DNA from: an uncultured Clostridium sp.
GTDB taxonomy: Bacteria; Bacillota; Clostridia; TANB77; CAG-508
Reading direction: 5' to 3'
NCBI GenBank assembly: GCA_947568535.1
Contig: CANOPF010000003.1
Span: 1 to 49,280 of the forward strand
Length of the DNA stretch: 49,280 nt
In this document: piece by piece, positions 39,334-49,280 of the stretch
Layout of the letters: every line of letters starts with the position of its first letter
How positions within the stretch are numbered: the stretch's first letter is position 1
Position numbers and translations under genes: made by a program
Notes under the pieces: generated by a model
What the model was told of the DNA's origin: nothing
Database searches by the model: none
What the model saw: only the letters and a program-made list of their open reading frames with translations

Positions 39334-40071
39334 TTATTTCTCTTCCTTCTTTTTTGTTGATGTCTTATTATTAGTTGTTTTTTTATTGGTCTTTTTTGTT
39401 GGTGTTTTTGTTGTACCTTTAGTTGATGTCTTAGTTGTAGTTGATTTTTTGGTGGTTGATTTTCTTGTTGTCTTTTTGGTTGTAGTCTTCGTTTTTGGTT
39501 CTTTTACTTCTTTCACCATATCTTCTTTTTCGTGTTTTGGTTCATCACCATTTAAATAGCCAATATCATTTGCTTTTGCTTCTCTTATATATTGATCTAA
39601 TGGATCATTTTCATCTTCTTCATCAAAGAAAAACTGTACATCTTTTTGTTCCTCTTCTTTTTGTTCTTCTTCGTTTTCCTCTTCATATTCATCATCTTCT
39701 TGCTCTACTTCAAAATTTTCATCTTCTTCATCAAGAAAAAGTAATGAATCATCATCATCATCGTCTTCTTCTTCCTCTTGTGTTCCATCAAATAAAAACT
39801 GAATGTCCGACTTCTCATTCTCTCTATCTACTTCATCATCTTGAAAACGATTCTCTCCTTCTTCATCTGTCTGTCTTAATGTATTTTTATATTCTTCTCT
39901 ACTCTTTTCAGCTATCTTATTCTTATTTTTCATGTCTTTTTTAGCCATTTTCATCGCTTCTCTCTTTTGCTTTTGTATTCGCTTATATTCCTTCCTTTGT
40001 GCTCTCCCTCCAAAAATCAAGATAGCCGCAATGAGTACAATTAAACTCAACAAGATACTAACTACTACCAT
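39334..40071 (-). CDS. Membrane-anchored low-complexity protein
   Basis: N-terminal TM, basic helix, very acidic middle, Lys/Thr tail; translationally coupled on both sides. Confidence 0.75.
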   Translation of the reverse strand: MVVVSILLSLIVLIAAILIFGGRAQRKEYKRIQKQKREAMKMAKKDMKNKNKIAEKSREEYKNTLRQTDEEGENRFQDDEVDRENEKSDIQFLFDGTQEEEEDDDDDDSLLFLDEEDENFEVEQEDDEYEEENEEEQKEEEQKDVQFFFDEEDENDPLDQYIREAKANDIGYLNGDEPKHEKEDMVKEVKEPKTKTTTKKTTRKSTTKKSTTTKTSTKGTTKTPTKKTNKKTTNNKTSTKKKEEK

Positions 40072-41321
40072 TTCTCTTTTCTCCCTTCTTTTTTCATCTG
40101 TTCGATTGCTTTTAATATACCCAATTTTCCATATTCATATGTAAGTCCTCCCTGCATATAGGCAATGTATGGTTCTCGAATTGGTCCATCACAACTAAGT
40201 TCTATGGTTGAACCTTGTGTAAAAGTTCCTGCCGCCATGATAACTTTATCCTCATAACCTCCCATATTACCAGGATACGGAATAACATCTGAGTCAATCG
40301 GTGAACCCATCTGTATTCCTTGACAAAATTTGACTAATTTTTCTTCTGAACCTAAGTGAATAGTTTGTACAATATCTGCTCTTACTTCATCAAATTTTGG
40401 TTCTACTTCATAACCCAATTCCTCTAATATTTTACTAGCAAAAATAGCTGTTTTTAAACTATTCGCTACAACACTAGGAGCAAAAAATAGTCCTTTTATG
40501 AATAATGTATTTTGATTTAACGATGGACCTATCTCTTTTCCTATTCCTGGCGAAGTCAATCGCTCTGCACATAACTGAATCCATTCTTTCTTTCCAACAA
40601 TATAGGCACCTGATGTTGCAATACCTGCTCCTAAATTTTTCATCAAAGAACCCACAGCTATATCTGCACCCACTTCGATCGGTTCTCTGTCTTGAACAAA
40701 CTCTCCATAACAATTATCTACCATGATGATTACCTCTTGATCTACTTCTCTAATTGCCTGAATAACCTTTTCTATTTTTTCTATGGTTAGACTCTTTCTT
40801 GTAGAATATCCTCTGGATCGTTGAATTTCAATTAACTTTATCTTTTTCCTTTTTAATGCTTCTTGAATTTTAGGAATATTAAATTCATTATTCACTAAAT
40901 TAATTTGTTCATAATGAATCTGATAGGCTTTCAATGAACTCTGACTGTTTTCTTTTCCTATACCAATTACTGTTTGCAATGTATCATACGGTTCCCCAGT
41001 TATACTAAGCATCGTATCTCCTGGTCTCAATAAAGCAAATAGTGTAACAGCTAACGCATGTGTTCCAGATATCAATTGTGCTCTTACTAAACTATCTTCT
41101 GCCTTAAATAGGTAACTATATATCTCTTCTATTTTATTTCTTCCTGGCTCATCAATCCCATATCCTGTTGAAGAAATCAAGTGTGATTCCTGTAACTTGC
41201 ATTTCTGGAATGCCTCTAAAACTTTTTTACTATTTATTTCACTTATTTTATCTATTTTTTCTATAATAGGTTTTATTTCTCGTTCGACTTGGCTAACTAT
41301 TTGAACTAAATCTTGTTTCAT
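40065..41321 (-). CDS. Methionine gamma-lyase family / YnbB-like PLP enzyme
   Basis: STGYG.D..GR, ISGTHAL, QRSRGY, VDNCYGEF, GSLMKNLG, MAAGTF.QGSTIELS.DGP. Confidence 0.9.
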   Translation of the reverse strand: MKQDLVQIVSQVEREIKPIIEKIDKISEINSKKVLEAFQKCKLQESHLISSTGYGIDEPGRNKIEEIYSYLFKAEDSLVRAQLISGTHALAVTLFALLRPGDTMLSITGEPYDTLQTVIGIGKENSQSSLKAYQIHYEQINLVNNEFNIPKIQEALKRKKIKLIEIQRSRGYSTRKSLTIEKIEKVIQAIREVDQEVIIMVDNCYGEFVQDREPIEVGADIAVGSLMKNLGAGIATSGAYIVGKKEWIQLCAERLTSPGIGKEIGPSLNQNTLFIKGLFFAPSVVANSLKTAIFASKILEELGYEVEPKFDEVRADIVQTIHLGSEEKLVKFCQGIQMGSPIDSDVIPYPGNMGGYEDKVIMAAGTFTQGSTIELSCDGPIREPYIAYMQGGLTYEYGKLGILKAIEQMKKEGRKEKW

Positions 41322-41451
41322 TAAATTTCCCTCTTTTTACCTTTGTATTGATATTTTACTATACTTTATTTTATTTTGCAATACCATTTTCCTTTTAAGT
41401 TGATAACCATAATAAAAGATTGCCAAAGTTTTTCAATGGCAATCTTTATGA

Positions 41452-44400
41452 CTATAATACAAATTTCTTAATAAGAATAACTCCTCCTGCAATGGTAATC
41501 AATATCACAAATCCTAATGAAAAGTATATTCTGACTTGACCAGTAGTAAGCGATAACATAACGGGAGCATCATCTATATCATCTTCTTTTGGTTTTCTAT
41601 TATCTGGTGTTGAATCTCTATCTGGTGCACCAAATTCATTATCATCTTCCGAAATTTCCGCTGTATTGGTTTTAACTCCCATATTATTTTCATGGTTATT
41701 CCAGGTTAATAAAACTTCTACATCGGCATATTCTCCTGGTTTTAATAATCTATTTTCTAATAATCTAGTAGAAATAACATTATTTCCTTCATCTACCCAT
41801 CCAGGATTATCTGCTGCTACAAATCTTAAGCCTTCTGGTACATAATCAGTGATTTCCTTAGCATATCCTTCAATATCACCTTCATTAATCACACGAATAG
41901 AATATCTAAATTTAACTGTGACTTGATTTAATTTCTTTCTATTCAATTCTACTTTTACAACTGGCTCTGGGTCATCATATGGTTGATGTCCTGTTTGTGT
42001 AACCGTTTCTTTTCCATTTTCAATTACAATAGCTTGTGTTACCCATTTTCTCAATGCTAAGTCAAAATAATTTAATTTGATATATTCTTTATCTTGGTCA
42101 TCTTCTCCTTCGTTCCATTCACCTGGTATAGAGTCATCATCATCTACTTCATCTCCATTTTCATCCGTATCTTTTGCTATTTGTGCTGAATTTACAATGA
42201 TTTTATCGGATGTATTTGGTTCTACTACCTTAAAAGCTACTTTTACATCTTTATAATCAGGATTAACATTAGATAGTTCTTCTTCTGGACGAAAGGCTTT
42301 TAATAAGTTTGGATTTTCTTGTGACTCACTATTGTCTATTCTTGCTTCTCCTTGTTCTTTTGATAAATAGTCAGTAACAATTACCTCTGCTTCTTCCCTA
42401 TTGGTTGTTTCTACATAAGTTTTACCATCTTGTACAATGGTATCTCCTTGTATTTGTGTATTACTTTCTTCTTCTTTTAACTTTCTGTACATTTTCCAGC
42501 GATAAGTCGTATTGGTTTCATTATCTGGTAGATACATTAAACCAACTGGAATATCATCTAATACTTGTGCTGCATATCCATCTCTTTGTCCTTCATTATA
42601 CACTCTAATGGTATAAATAACCGTATTTCCATTAGCTACATCAACTGGTTCTTTCGAATGTTCATAAGCTATTTGTTGATTTTCTTTATCATATTTTACT
42701 TCAGGTATACGTGTATTAACTGGTTTATTCTCTACTTGTGTAATAAATTTTCTAAGTGCTAAGTCAAATGATTGTAAAATGATATAATCATGATCTTCAT
42801 CATCTTCATGATTTGGATGTTCTTTCCAGTCCTTTGGATTAGAATCTCTATCCTCTACTGGATTCCCATTTTTATCACAATCTTCTGTTATAGCTGCTTC
42901 ATTCTTAATGGCTTCCCCTGTTGCATTCTCTGCTACTACTTTAAGTTTTACTGCTACTTCTTTGTAATCAAGATCTTCCTTCGTTTTTGTTCCATCATTT
43001 TTACCAAATGCCTTGATTAAATTTTCTGTATAAGCTATTTTACTATCTGTTGTATCACCACGATACATGCCTAAATATTCTGTCTTTATTTCGGTAACTT
43101 TATGATTTTCGTCTTGCTTTGCTATCCCCCATAAATAATCTTGGTTAAATTTAATCGCTTCTTTTTCTTGTGTGGTTAAGGTCGTATCTGCTTGTAATTC
43201 TGAACCTTGTTTCTCAGACCATAAAAATTGTAAACCTTCTGGAATATCTTCTGTTATTTCTTGTGCATAACCATCAATTGTTCCCTCATTATAAATTCTA
43301 AAAGTATAGGTAACAATATCACCTTTCTTAACAGCAACAGGTGTTTTATTTAGTTGATAATCTGCTGTTGTTTCCGCCATATTACCATTTGCCTCTACTC
43401 GATTTAATTGATCTACCTTGATATCTTCAATTCTTTCTGGAACATTCTGATTATTCACTGCTGTAATACGTTTAATTAATTTTAAGTCAAATGGTTCTGG
43501 TAATAAACACAATTTTTCAAAATCATCATCATCTTGCTTTCCTTTATAATGATATTCAGAATCTGTTAAGTCTTTTTTATTATTATCAAAGCCTATATAA
43601 TCTGACATGTTATCTTTGTTTACTGTTGGTATAGTTCCTGGCTCTGAATCTCTATCTAATCCTTTTTGCTGAATAATCACTGTACCATCACTGTCTATTT
43701 CTTCAGAAATCCATGCTACATTAGTCAAAATTTTACTATTTGTCGTATCTGGTTGAGCTGTTACGACACATTCAATTTCTATTGTTTCTGATGCAGGACT
43801 CTGCTCTCCTGCATACTCTTTTAGATTAGTTGTATTATTTTCTTTTCTAACTAAAGTCAAAGTATTATCTGTCTTTTCGTCATAAGAACCTAAGACAAAA
43901 TTACCACTAATTACCTGTTCAAATTTTAATCCAGTTGGTAACTGATCCACTATTTTTGTAGCACGTCCCGCTTTTTTCCCTTCATTATAAATGGTTATTT
44001 CATAAGTAATACGGCTTCCATTCTCTACCATAACAGGATTTTTCTTATGGTTATATGTTGCTGTTGTTTCTGTTCCATTTTTTAACGAATCAACATTAAT
44101 CTTTGGACGTCTTACATCATTTCCTTTTAATTCTTCCCCATTTATTTTAGTAATATATTTTCTTAATGCTAAGTCAAATGGCTCTGGTAATGAATTGACT
44201 GTTAATTGTTTAGTAATTGGCTTTTTACTTCTATGTACTTCAACTAGCGGTTGCTCTGAACTATTACTTGATGAAGCCCCTAATGTCATACTTGTATCAT
44301 TATACTTAGTAGAAATATCCACTGTTACTGAATCGATTTTATCTTTTGGCAGTACAACATAAAAATTTTTATCCACAAAATCCCTTACTTCATTTCCTGT

Positions 44401-45525
44401 TTCATCAATGAATGTAGGATTTTGAATTTCTGTTCCCTTACTTTTTACAATAATACTAATTTCATCATATGGAATCTCATTCTGTTTTGTTATTTTTATC
44501 GGACCAACCTTATATTGATCATGATTTAACTCTTCTATTGTCAACGTTCCTTCTTCTATTTTTAGCGGTTCTCCTAACATGGTTGCAGAATTAGCATATT
44601 CATCTGCTCTTTCCATTGCCTGATTAATCAAATAATGATAGAGAATATCTGCTTGATAATATCTAATAGTTTCTGCATTAGGTGAACTTCCCCCTACATT
44701 TCCTAAATTGGTATATGTATTGCCATCTGTAGTGTATTGAAGCCATGAATTTTTTTCTAGTTGATTATAGGATGCCTCATCACTATTCGTAAAATACCAT
44801 AAAGCTGTTTGCTGAACAGCACTAATATCGTTATTGGTTAACGCTTTTTCTGTCAATCCAAAATCAGCTAAAGTATGACCTTTAAGATCTCCCATAAGAA
44901 AATCTTGTTTCGTTACTCCTTCTGGTAAAGTAAAGGCTTCTGCTATCAAATTAATCTGAGCATTATACTCACTTAATGTAAGACCAAATTTTATGACTTC
45001 ATAAAGCAATTCTTTCTTCTCTATTTCTGTAGATTCTTTTGGCAAATATAACCTATCTAAAATAGCTAAAACGGCATTATATCGATTTACTGTCTTCCCA
45101 TTTATCGTAATATTTTCTTCTACTAAGTTTTTCAATATCTCATTTTGTTTTTTTATGTCTTCCCTTTGTGTTTTCATATCAAAAAAAACATCATAAGGTT
45201 GACTTTTTACTTGATTACTTCCTGCAAGATCAGTAAAACCAACTCCTGATCGTAAACAATAAATATCGTAATCTTTATATCCACTATCTATTGTATTACC
45301 ATTATATTTGACAATATTCCATATATTAATTGGCGGATTTCCCACTATAGCATATCCTATATATGGAGTTGAATCTTCCATTAGCGGAATAATCCCCATA
45401 TTTACAGTCTGTCCCTTTACAAAGGCTCTATCTTCTGTTTCTGCATATACTGTTACTTGTGTTAAGGTAAATACAAAAAATAGCAAAATAGCCATTATTC
45501 CCAATAATACTTTTTTCACGTTCAT
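41452..45525 (-). CDS. Surface adhesin with Cys-Gln thioester domain and four FDL.L.K Ig-like (DUF11-type) repeats
   Basis: Signal peptide; IYCL and VQQTALWYF motifs; repeats FDLALRK..Y.I.IYNEG..D.LP.GL..N.A.I..D.DS.P; C-terminal TTG + TM + KK. Confidence 0.8.
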   Translation of the reverse strand: MNVKKVLLGIMAILLFFVFTLTQVTVYAETEDRAFVKGQTVNMGIIPLMEDSTPYIGYAIVGNPPINIWNIVKYNGNTIDSGYKDYDIYCLRSGVGFTDLAGSNQVKSQPYDVFFDMKTQREDIKKQNEILKNLVEENITINGKTVNRYNAVLAILDRLYLPKESTEIEKKELLYEVIKFGLTLSEYNAQINLIAEAFTLPEGVTKQDFLMGDLKGHTLADFGLTEKALTNNDISAVQQTALWYFTNSDEASYNQLEKNSWLQYTTDGNTYTNLGNVGGSSPNAETIRYYQADILYHYLINQAMERADEYANSATMLGEPLKIEEGTLTIEELNHDQYKVGPIKITKQNEIPYDEISIIVKSKGTEIQNPTFIDETGNEVRDFVDKNFYVVLPKDKIDSVTVDISTKYNDTSMTLGASSSNSSEQPLVEVHRSKKPITKQLTVNSLPEPFDLALRKYITKINGEELKGNDVRRPKINVDSLKNGTETTATYNHKKNPVMVENGSRITYEITIYNEGKKAGRATKIVDQLPTGLKFEQVISGNFVLGSYDEKTDNTLTLVRKENNTTNLKEYAGEQSPASETIEIECVVTAQPDTTNSKILTNVAWISEEIDSDGTVIIQQKGLDRDSEPGTIPTVNKDNMSDYIGFDNNKKDLTDSEYHYKGKQDDDDFEKLCLLPEPFDLKLIKRITAVNNQNVPERIEDIKVDQLNRVEANGNMAETTADYQLNKTPVAVKKGDIVTYTFRIYNEGTIDGYAQEITEDIPEGLQFLWSEKQGSELQADTTLTTQEKEAIKFNQDYLWGIAKQDENHKVTEIKTEYLGMYRGDTTDSKIAYTENLIKAFGKNDGTKTKEDLDYKEVAVKLKVVAENATGEAIKNEAAITEDCDKNGNPVEDRDSNPKDWKEHPNHEDDEDHDYIILQSFDLALRKFITQVENKPVNTRIPEVKYDKENQQIAYEHSKEPVDVANGNTVIYTIRVYNEGQRDGYAAQVLDDIPVGLMYLPDNETNTTYRWKMYRKLKEEESNTQIQGDTIVQDGKTYVETTNREEAEVIVTDYLSKEQGEARIDNSESQENPNLLKAFRPEEELSNVNPDYKDVKVAFKVVEPNTSDKIIVNSAQIAKDTDENGDEVDDDDSIPGEWNEGEDDQDKEYIKLNYFDLALRKWVTQAIVIENGKETVTQTGHQPYDDPEPVVKVELNRKKLNQVTVKFRYSIRVINEGDIEGYAKEITDYVPEGLRFVAADNPGWVDEGNNVISTRLLENRLLKPGEYADVEVLLTWNNHENNMGVKTNTAEISEDDNEFGAPDRDSTPDNRKPKEDDIDDAPVMLSLTTGQVRIYFSLGFVILITIAGGVILIKKFVL

Positions 45526-45805
45526 GTGTTTCTCTCCTTTTTTAATCCTCTTATTATTAATTTTACACCTTTTTTTATTTTAGTCAATAGGATTTTCTCG
45601 TGTTCTAATTATTCCTATTTTTGTTTATTTTTTCCCACTACGGATACTTGTTTTATCCACTAGTCGAAAAAAAACATCCTTACATTACAATTATATTACA
45701 TTTTGTAAACAAAATCAACATTTTACGTAAATTAATTTTCTTGTCTGTTTCGTCCGTAAGCATTTCTAATTTTCTTTTTTATCATTCATTAGATAGCATT
45801 TAAAC

Positions 45806-45834
45806 TCATAATTTTAATTGTTAATCCATATATT
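45806..45834 (+). promoter_or_regulatory. Putative sigma-E promoter
   Basis: TCATA-N16-CATATATT upstream of the dac gene. Confidence 0.4.
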
Positions 45835-45852
45835 TTTATAGGTGATAAAATT

Positions 45853-47142
45853 ATGGTTCAAAAAAATAAATTAATCAAAACTTTTTTTCTGTTTTTTTGT
45901 ATATTAATTCTTTTTACTTCTTATCCCATCTATAGTGATGATTTAGAACAAGAAGAAGTCAAAAATATCTTTTCAGAAATACAAAATGAAATAGCAGAAG
46001 CTTCTAGTTCTACTACAAATTCTACATTAAATTTAAACTCCCGCTCTTGTGTTGTCATAGACCGTTTAAGTAAAACGATATTATATGGAAAAAACGAAAA
46101 AAAGAAAGTTAAAATGGCCTCCACCACAAAAATCATGACTGCTATTGTTGTTCTGGAAAACTCTTCTTTAGATAAAACAGTAGAAGTGTCAAAAAAAGCT
46201 GCTGGTACAGGTGGCTCACGTCTAGGACTAAAAACTGGTGACAAAATTAGCATTCGAGATCTAATGTATGGTTTAATGTTATGTTCTGGTAATGATGCTG
46301 CTGTTTGTTTAGCAGAACATGTAGGTGGAAGTATAGAAGGTTTTTCCGAATTAATGAATACAAAAGCTCAAACTTTGGGCTTATCTAATACACACTTCGA
46401 ATCTCCTCATGGTTTAGATTCTGATCAACATTATACAACTGCCTATGAGTTAGCTCTTCTTTCAGATTATGCCCTAAAAAATACTACTTTTTTAAGTATT
46501 GTGGGAACCAAAAACTACACAGTTACCATTAATGGTCGACCTAAATCTTTGTCTAATACCAATGAATTACTTGGTAATCTAAATGGTGTCTATGGAATTA
46601 AAACAGGATTCACTAATGGTGCCAATCGTTGTTTAGTTACTGCTTGTAAAAGAGGAGAAATGGATATTATCTGTGTTGTATTAGGAGCAGATACCAAAAG
46701 TTTCAGAACAAAAGATAGCATTAAACTCATTGAATACAGTTTTAATCACTTTAACTACTTCAACCAAAAACAATGTATACAAGAAGCTCTAATGAATTGG
46801 AATAACAACCATACTAACTATTTTACTATCCAAAAAGGAACAACTAATCAATTAACTCTTAAAGTAGAGCCTGCCTTTGAATCTTCTCCTTTCATTCCTC
46901 TACCAAAAGAGTTAATACCTGACATAGAAACTTCCATTTCTGTTAATGGTAACTTAATAGCACCTATCCATAAGAATGATGTTATTGGGCAAATAACCTT
47001 ATCATCTCAAGGAAAAGAAATTGTCAAATTTGATTTACTTTCTGATACCCATATTGCTAAAAATAATATAATTAACTATTTATCTTTATTTTTTAAAAAT
47101 TATCCCAATCAATTAGAAAAAACAATAGAAAATATGCTATAA
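45853..47142 (+). CDS. D-Ala-D-Ala carboxypeptidase (S11, DacB-like)
   Basis: ASTTK, SGNDA, KTGFT motifs; signal anchor. Confidence 0.92.
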   Translation: MVQKNKLIKTFFLFFCILILFTSYPIYSDDLEQEEVKNIFSEIQNEIAEASSSTTNSTLNLNSRSCVVIDRLSKTILYGKNEKKKVKMASTTKIMTAIVVLENSSLDKTVEVSKKAAGTGGSRLGLKTGDKISIRDLMYGLMLCSGNDAAVCLAEHVGGSIEGFSELMNTKAQTLGLSNTHFESPHGLDSDQHYTTAYELALLSDYALKNTTFLSIVGTKNYTVTINGRPKSLSNTNELLGNLNGVYGIKTGFTNGANRCLVTACKRGEMDIICVVLGADTKSFRTKDSIKLIEYSFNHFNYFNQKQCIQEALMNWNNNHTNYFTIQKGTTNQLTLKVEPAFESSPFIPLPKELIPDIETSISVNGNLIAPIHKNDVIGQITLSSQGKEIVKFDLLSDTHIAKNNIINYLSLFFKNYPNQLEKTIENML

Positions 47143-47381
47143 AAGAATTAATAGAGAACATTTACCTTAAAGTGGTAAATATTCTCTATTTTTATTGTAT
47201 CTTCCGAACAAGAGATGCAATGATTAAATTACTTTGACGTTTTTATCATTGGCATATCTTACTTTGGTTAGTTTGCAAAAATTCTATAAAAATTTTCTGT
47301 GTAATGTGCTTTCCTATATAATAAAAAAGTGAGTGCCGATCATTTTTAACATCTAAAGATCCAACACTCTCATTTTTTCAT

Positions 47382-47624
47382 TTATTTTACATTTTCTTTT
47401 ATGTAATCAACAACATCTCCTACTGTCACTACTTTTTCTGCGTCACTATCAGGAATCTCTATATCAAATTCTTCTTCTAATGCCATAACTAATTCAACAA
47501 TATCTAATGAATCAGCTCCTAAATCATCAATGAATGATGCTTCCATAGTTACTGCAGTATCTGCTACACCTAATTGTTCAACAATAATCCCTTTTACTTT
47601 TTCTAATACTTCTTCTGAACTCAT
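47382..47624 (-). CDS. acpP: Acyl carrier protein
   Basis: [20 protein letters not shown]; start ATG 47624 after GGAGGT. Confidence 0.97.
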   Translation of the reverse strand: MSSEEVLEKVKGIIVEQLGVADTAVTMEASFIDDLGADSLDIVELVMALEEEFDIEIPDSDAEKVVTVGDVVDYIKENVK

Positions 47625-47752
47625 ACCTCCGAGTTCACCTCCTCTCAAGTTTTCATATGATTGATTTATACCTCTTTTATATTATATGTTTTTCTATTTG
47701 TCAAGTATATTCTTGAAATATTTTTATTTTATACTAGTAAGTCGAAAAAATT

Positions 47753-48787
47753 CTATTTTTCTACCTTTTTACTCTGTTTATCAAATGCTTCAATCATATG
47801 TTCCACTGCTTTATTTTTTACAAATTTCTCCGCTTGAATAATGGTATATTCAAATAGCAAAGCATCACTACTCCCATGTGCTTTTACCACTGGTTTATTC
47901 ACCCCAAGAAATAATGCTCCCCCATAAGATTTATAATCCATTACTTTAGAAAATCGCTTAATCGCTGGCAATGCTGGTATAGAAAAAATCTTGGCTAATA
48001 AGTTTTTCGTAAAACTCTCTGTTAAACTTTTCTTCACAAATTTTCCTAACCCTTCTGTTGTCTTCAAAAATACATTTCCTGTAAATCCATCTGCTACAAT
48101 GGCATCTATTTTACCTGAAAAAGCATCCCTTCCTTCCACATTTCCAACAAAATTGATATCCAATTCTACTGCTTTCTCCTTTAATAAACGATAACTCTCT
48201 CTCACCAATTCATTACCTTTAGTTTCTTCTGTTCCAATATTCAATAATCCTATTGCTGGATGTTCAATTCCATAAGTATTTTTTAAATAAATACTAGACA
48301 TTTGTGCAAACTGTAATAAATTAATTGGTTTACAATTAGTATTTGAACCTGCATCAATTAAAAGTAATTGACTGTTATACGCTGGTAAAATTCCTGCTAA
48401 TGCTGGTCTATCTATCCCCTTAATTCTTCCTACTAGCAAAGTAGCGCCTGTCAATAAAGCACCCGAGTTTCCAGCTGAAATAAACACATCCCCCTCTTCT
48501 GCTTTTAACATATTAAACCCTACAACCATAGAAGAATCCTTTTTATGTTTAATAGCCATAGTCGGTGTATCTTCCATCTCAATAGTCTGTGTTGCATTTC
48601 TAATCTTCAATCGTTCTGATATCTCTTCTATTTCCTTTCCATAAAACTCCTTTATCTTACCACGAATCAAATCCTCTTTTCCTACTAAAACAACCTCTGC
48701 CTCTACTTTAGAAATAGCATTAATCGCTCCTCTAATATTCGCATTTGGTGCATTATCGCCTCCCATAGCATCCAATATAATCTTCAT
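47753..48787 (-). CDS. plsX: Phosphate acyltransferase PlsX
   Basis: LDAMGGDNAP, SAGNSGA, RPAL, LNIGTEETKG, DGFTGNV.LK, KAHGSS. Confidence 0.97.
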   Translation of the reverse strand: MKIILDAMGGDNAPNANIRGAINAISKVEAEVVLVGKEDLIRGKIKEFYGKEIEEISERLKIRNATQTIEMEDTPTMAIKHKKDSSMVVGFNMLKAEEGDVFISAGNSGALLTGATLLVGRIKGIDRPALAGILPAYNSQLLLIDAGSNTNCKPINLLQFAQMSSIYLKNTYGIEHPAIGLLNIGTEETKGNELVRESYRLLKEKAVELDINFVGNVEGRDAFSGKIDAIVADGFTGNVFLKTTEGLGKFVKKSLTESFTKNLLAKIFSIPALPAIKRFSKVMDYKSYGGALFLGVNKPVVKAHGSSDALLFEYTIIQAEKFVKNKAVEHMIEAFDKQSKKVEK

Positions 48788-48894
48788 TGTTCCTCCTTCT
48801 AAAACCTGTCTAATCTATTATATTTCTAATATCTATATTTTATTATTCTTTCTAAAAAAAAGCAAGTGCTTTCTATAAAAATTTACGACAAACT

Positions 48895-48960
48895 GGGCTA
48901 AACTGGGACAGGCACAACTTGACCATTGATGGTCAAGTTGTGCCTGTCCCAGTTTAGCCC
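48895..48960. repeat. Perfect 32-bp inverted repeat with 2-nt loop (REP-like palindrome)
   Basis: GGGCTAAACTGGGACAGGCACAACTTGACCAT-TG-ATGGTCAAGTTGTGCCTGTCCCAGTTTAGCCC. Confidence 0.9.
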
Positions 48961-48968
48961 TCAGCCAT

Positions 48969-49009
48969 AAAAAAATGTCGTATAGAGACATTGCCTCTCA
49001 TACGACATT
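48969..49009 (-). terminator. tuf terminator
   Basis: AATGTCGTAT...ATACGACATT stem with T-tail on the minus strand. Confidence 0.75.
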
Positions 49010-49032
49010 GGGTGTTTTTTTCTTTTCTTTCA

Positions 49033-49280
49033 TTATGCTAAGATATCAGCAACAACACCTGAACCTACTGTTCTACCACCTTCACGGATAGCAAATCTTA
49101 ATCCTTTTTCAATAGCGATTGGTGTGATTAATTCAATTGTCATAGATACGTTATCTCCTGGCATAACCATTTCTGTTCCTGCTGCTAATTCGATAACTCC
49201 TGTAACGTCTGTTGTTCTGAAATAAAATTGTGGTCTATATCCATTGAAGAATGGTGTATGTCTTCCACCTTCTTCTTTTG
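49033..49280 (-). CDS. tuf: Elongation factor Tu (3' end, partial)
   Basis: Hand translation [27 protein letters not shown]...MVMPGDN...[16 protein letters not shown]. Confidence 0.98.
   Translation of the reverse strand, partial: KEEGGRHTPFFNGYRPQFYFRTTDVTGVIELAAGTEMVMPGDNVSMTIELITPIAIEKGLRFAIREGGRTVGSGVVADILA

Noticed and set aside
47625-47648. N-terminal extension of AcpP (MRGGELGG)
   Set aside because: The extension is made of SD-like sequence; ATG 47624 gives a normal-length ACP.
737-48194. Many short ORF-track entries antisense to or nested in real genes (e.g. 1665-2024, 8566-9060, 25555-26088, 39495-39944, 45930-46253)
   Set aside because: Shadow ORFs of AT-rich coding strands, with no SD or family motifs.

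Overview
AT-rich chromosome segment of a spore-forming, low-GC Clostridia-like bacterium; most genes are on the minus strand. The core backbone is tuf (3' end), plsX, acpP, a D,D-carboxypeptidase, spo0A, spoIVFA/FB-like genes, minD-minE-rodA, dusB, mazF, aspS, mnmA, a WalR-like regulator, two SpoVD/FtsI-type PBPs, rsmA, a sortase and mraZ-rsmH-ftsL. Main observation: two unrelated genes, the normally essential aspS and an M15/peptidoglycan-binding hydrolase, are each split by a +1 frameshift exactly at an in-frame CGG codon whose +1 codon is Gly (TCT-C-GGA, TTT-C-GGG). My manual scan found no other in-frame CGG in any credible CDS. This suggests a lineage-wide recoding rule (CGG-triggered +1 frameshift, or CGGN read as Gly), although assembly indels are not excluded. 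Two accessory insertions hit sporulation genes. (i) A ~6.5 kb tyrosine-integrase element sits in the 3' end of spo0A, supplies a fully synonymous replacement tail, and carries a putative type I toxin-antitoxin locus, an LRR surface protein and two repeat arrays. (ii) An island truncates the dcw-cluster spoVD and carries a dockerin enzyme plus sortase-anchored cohesin pair and a type III ToxIN locus whose antitoxin pseudoknots show compensatory changes.
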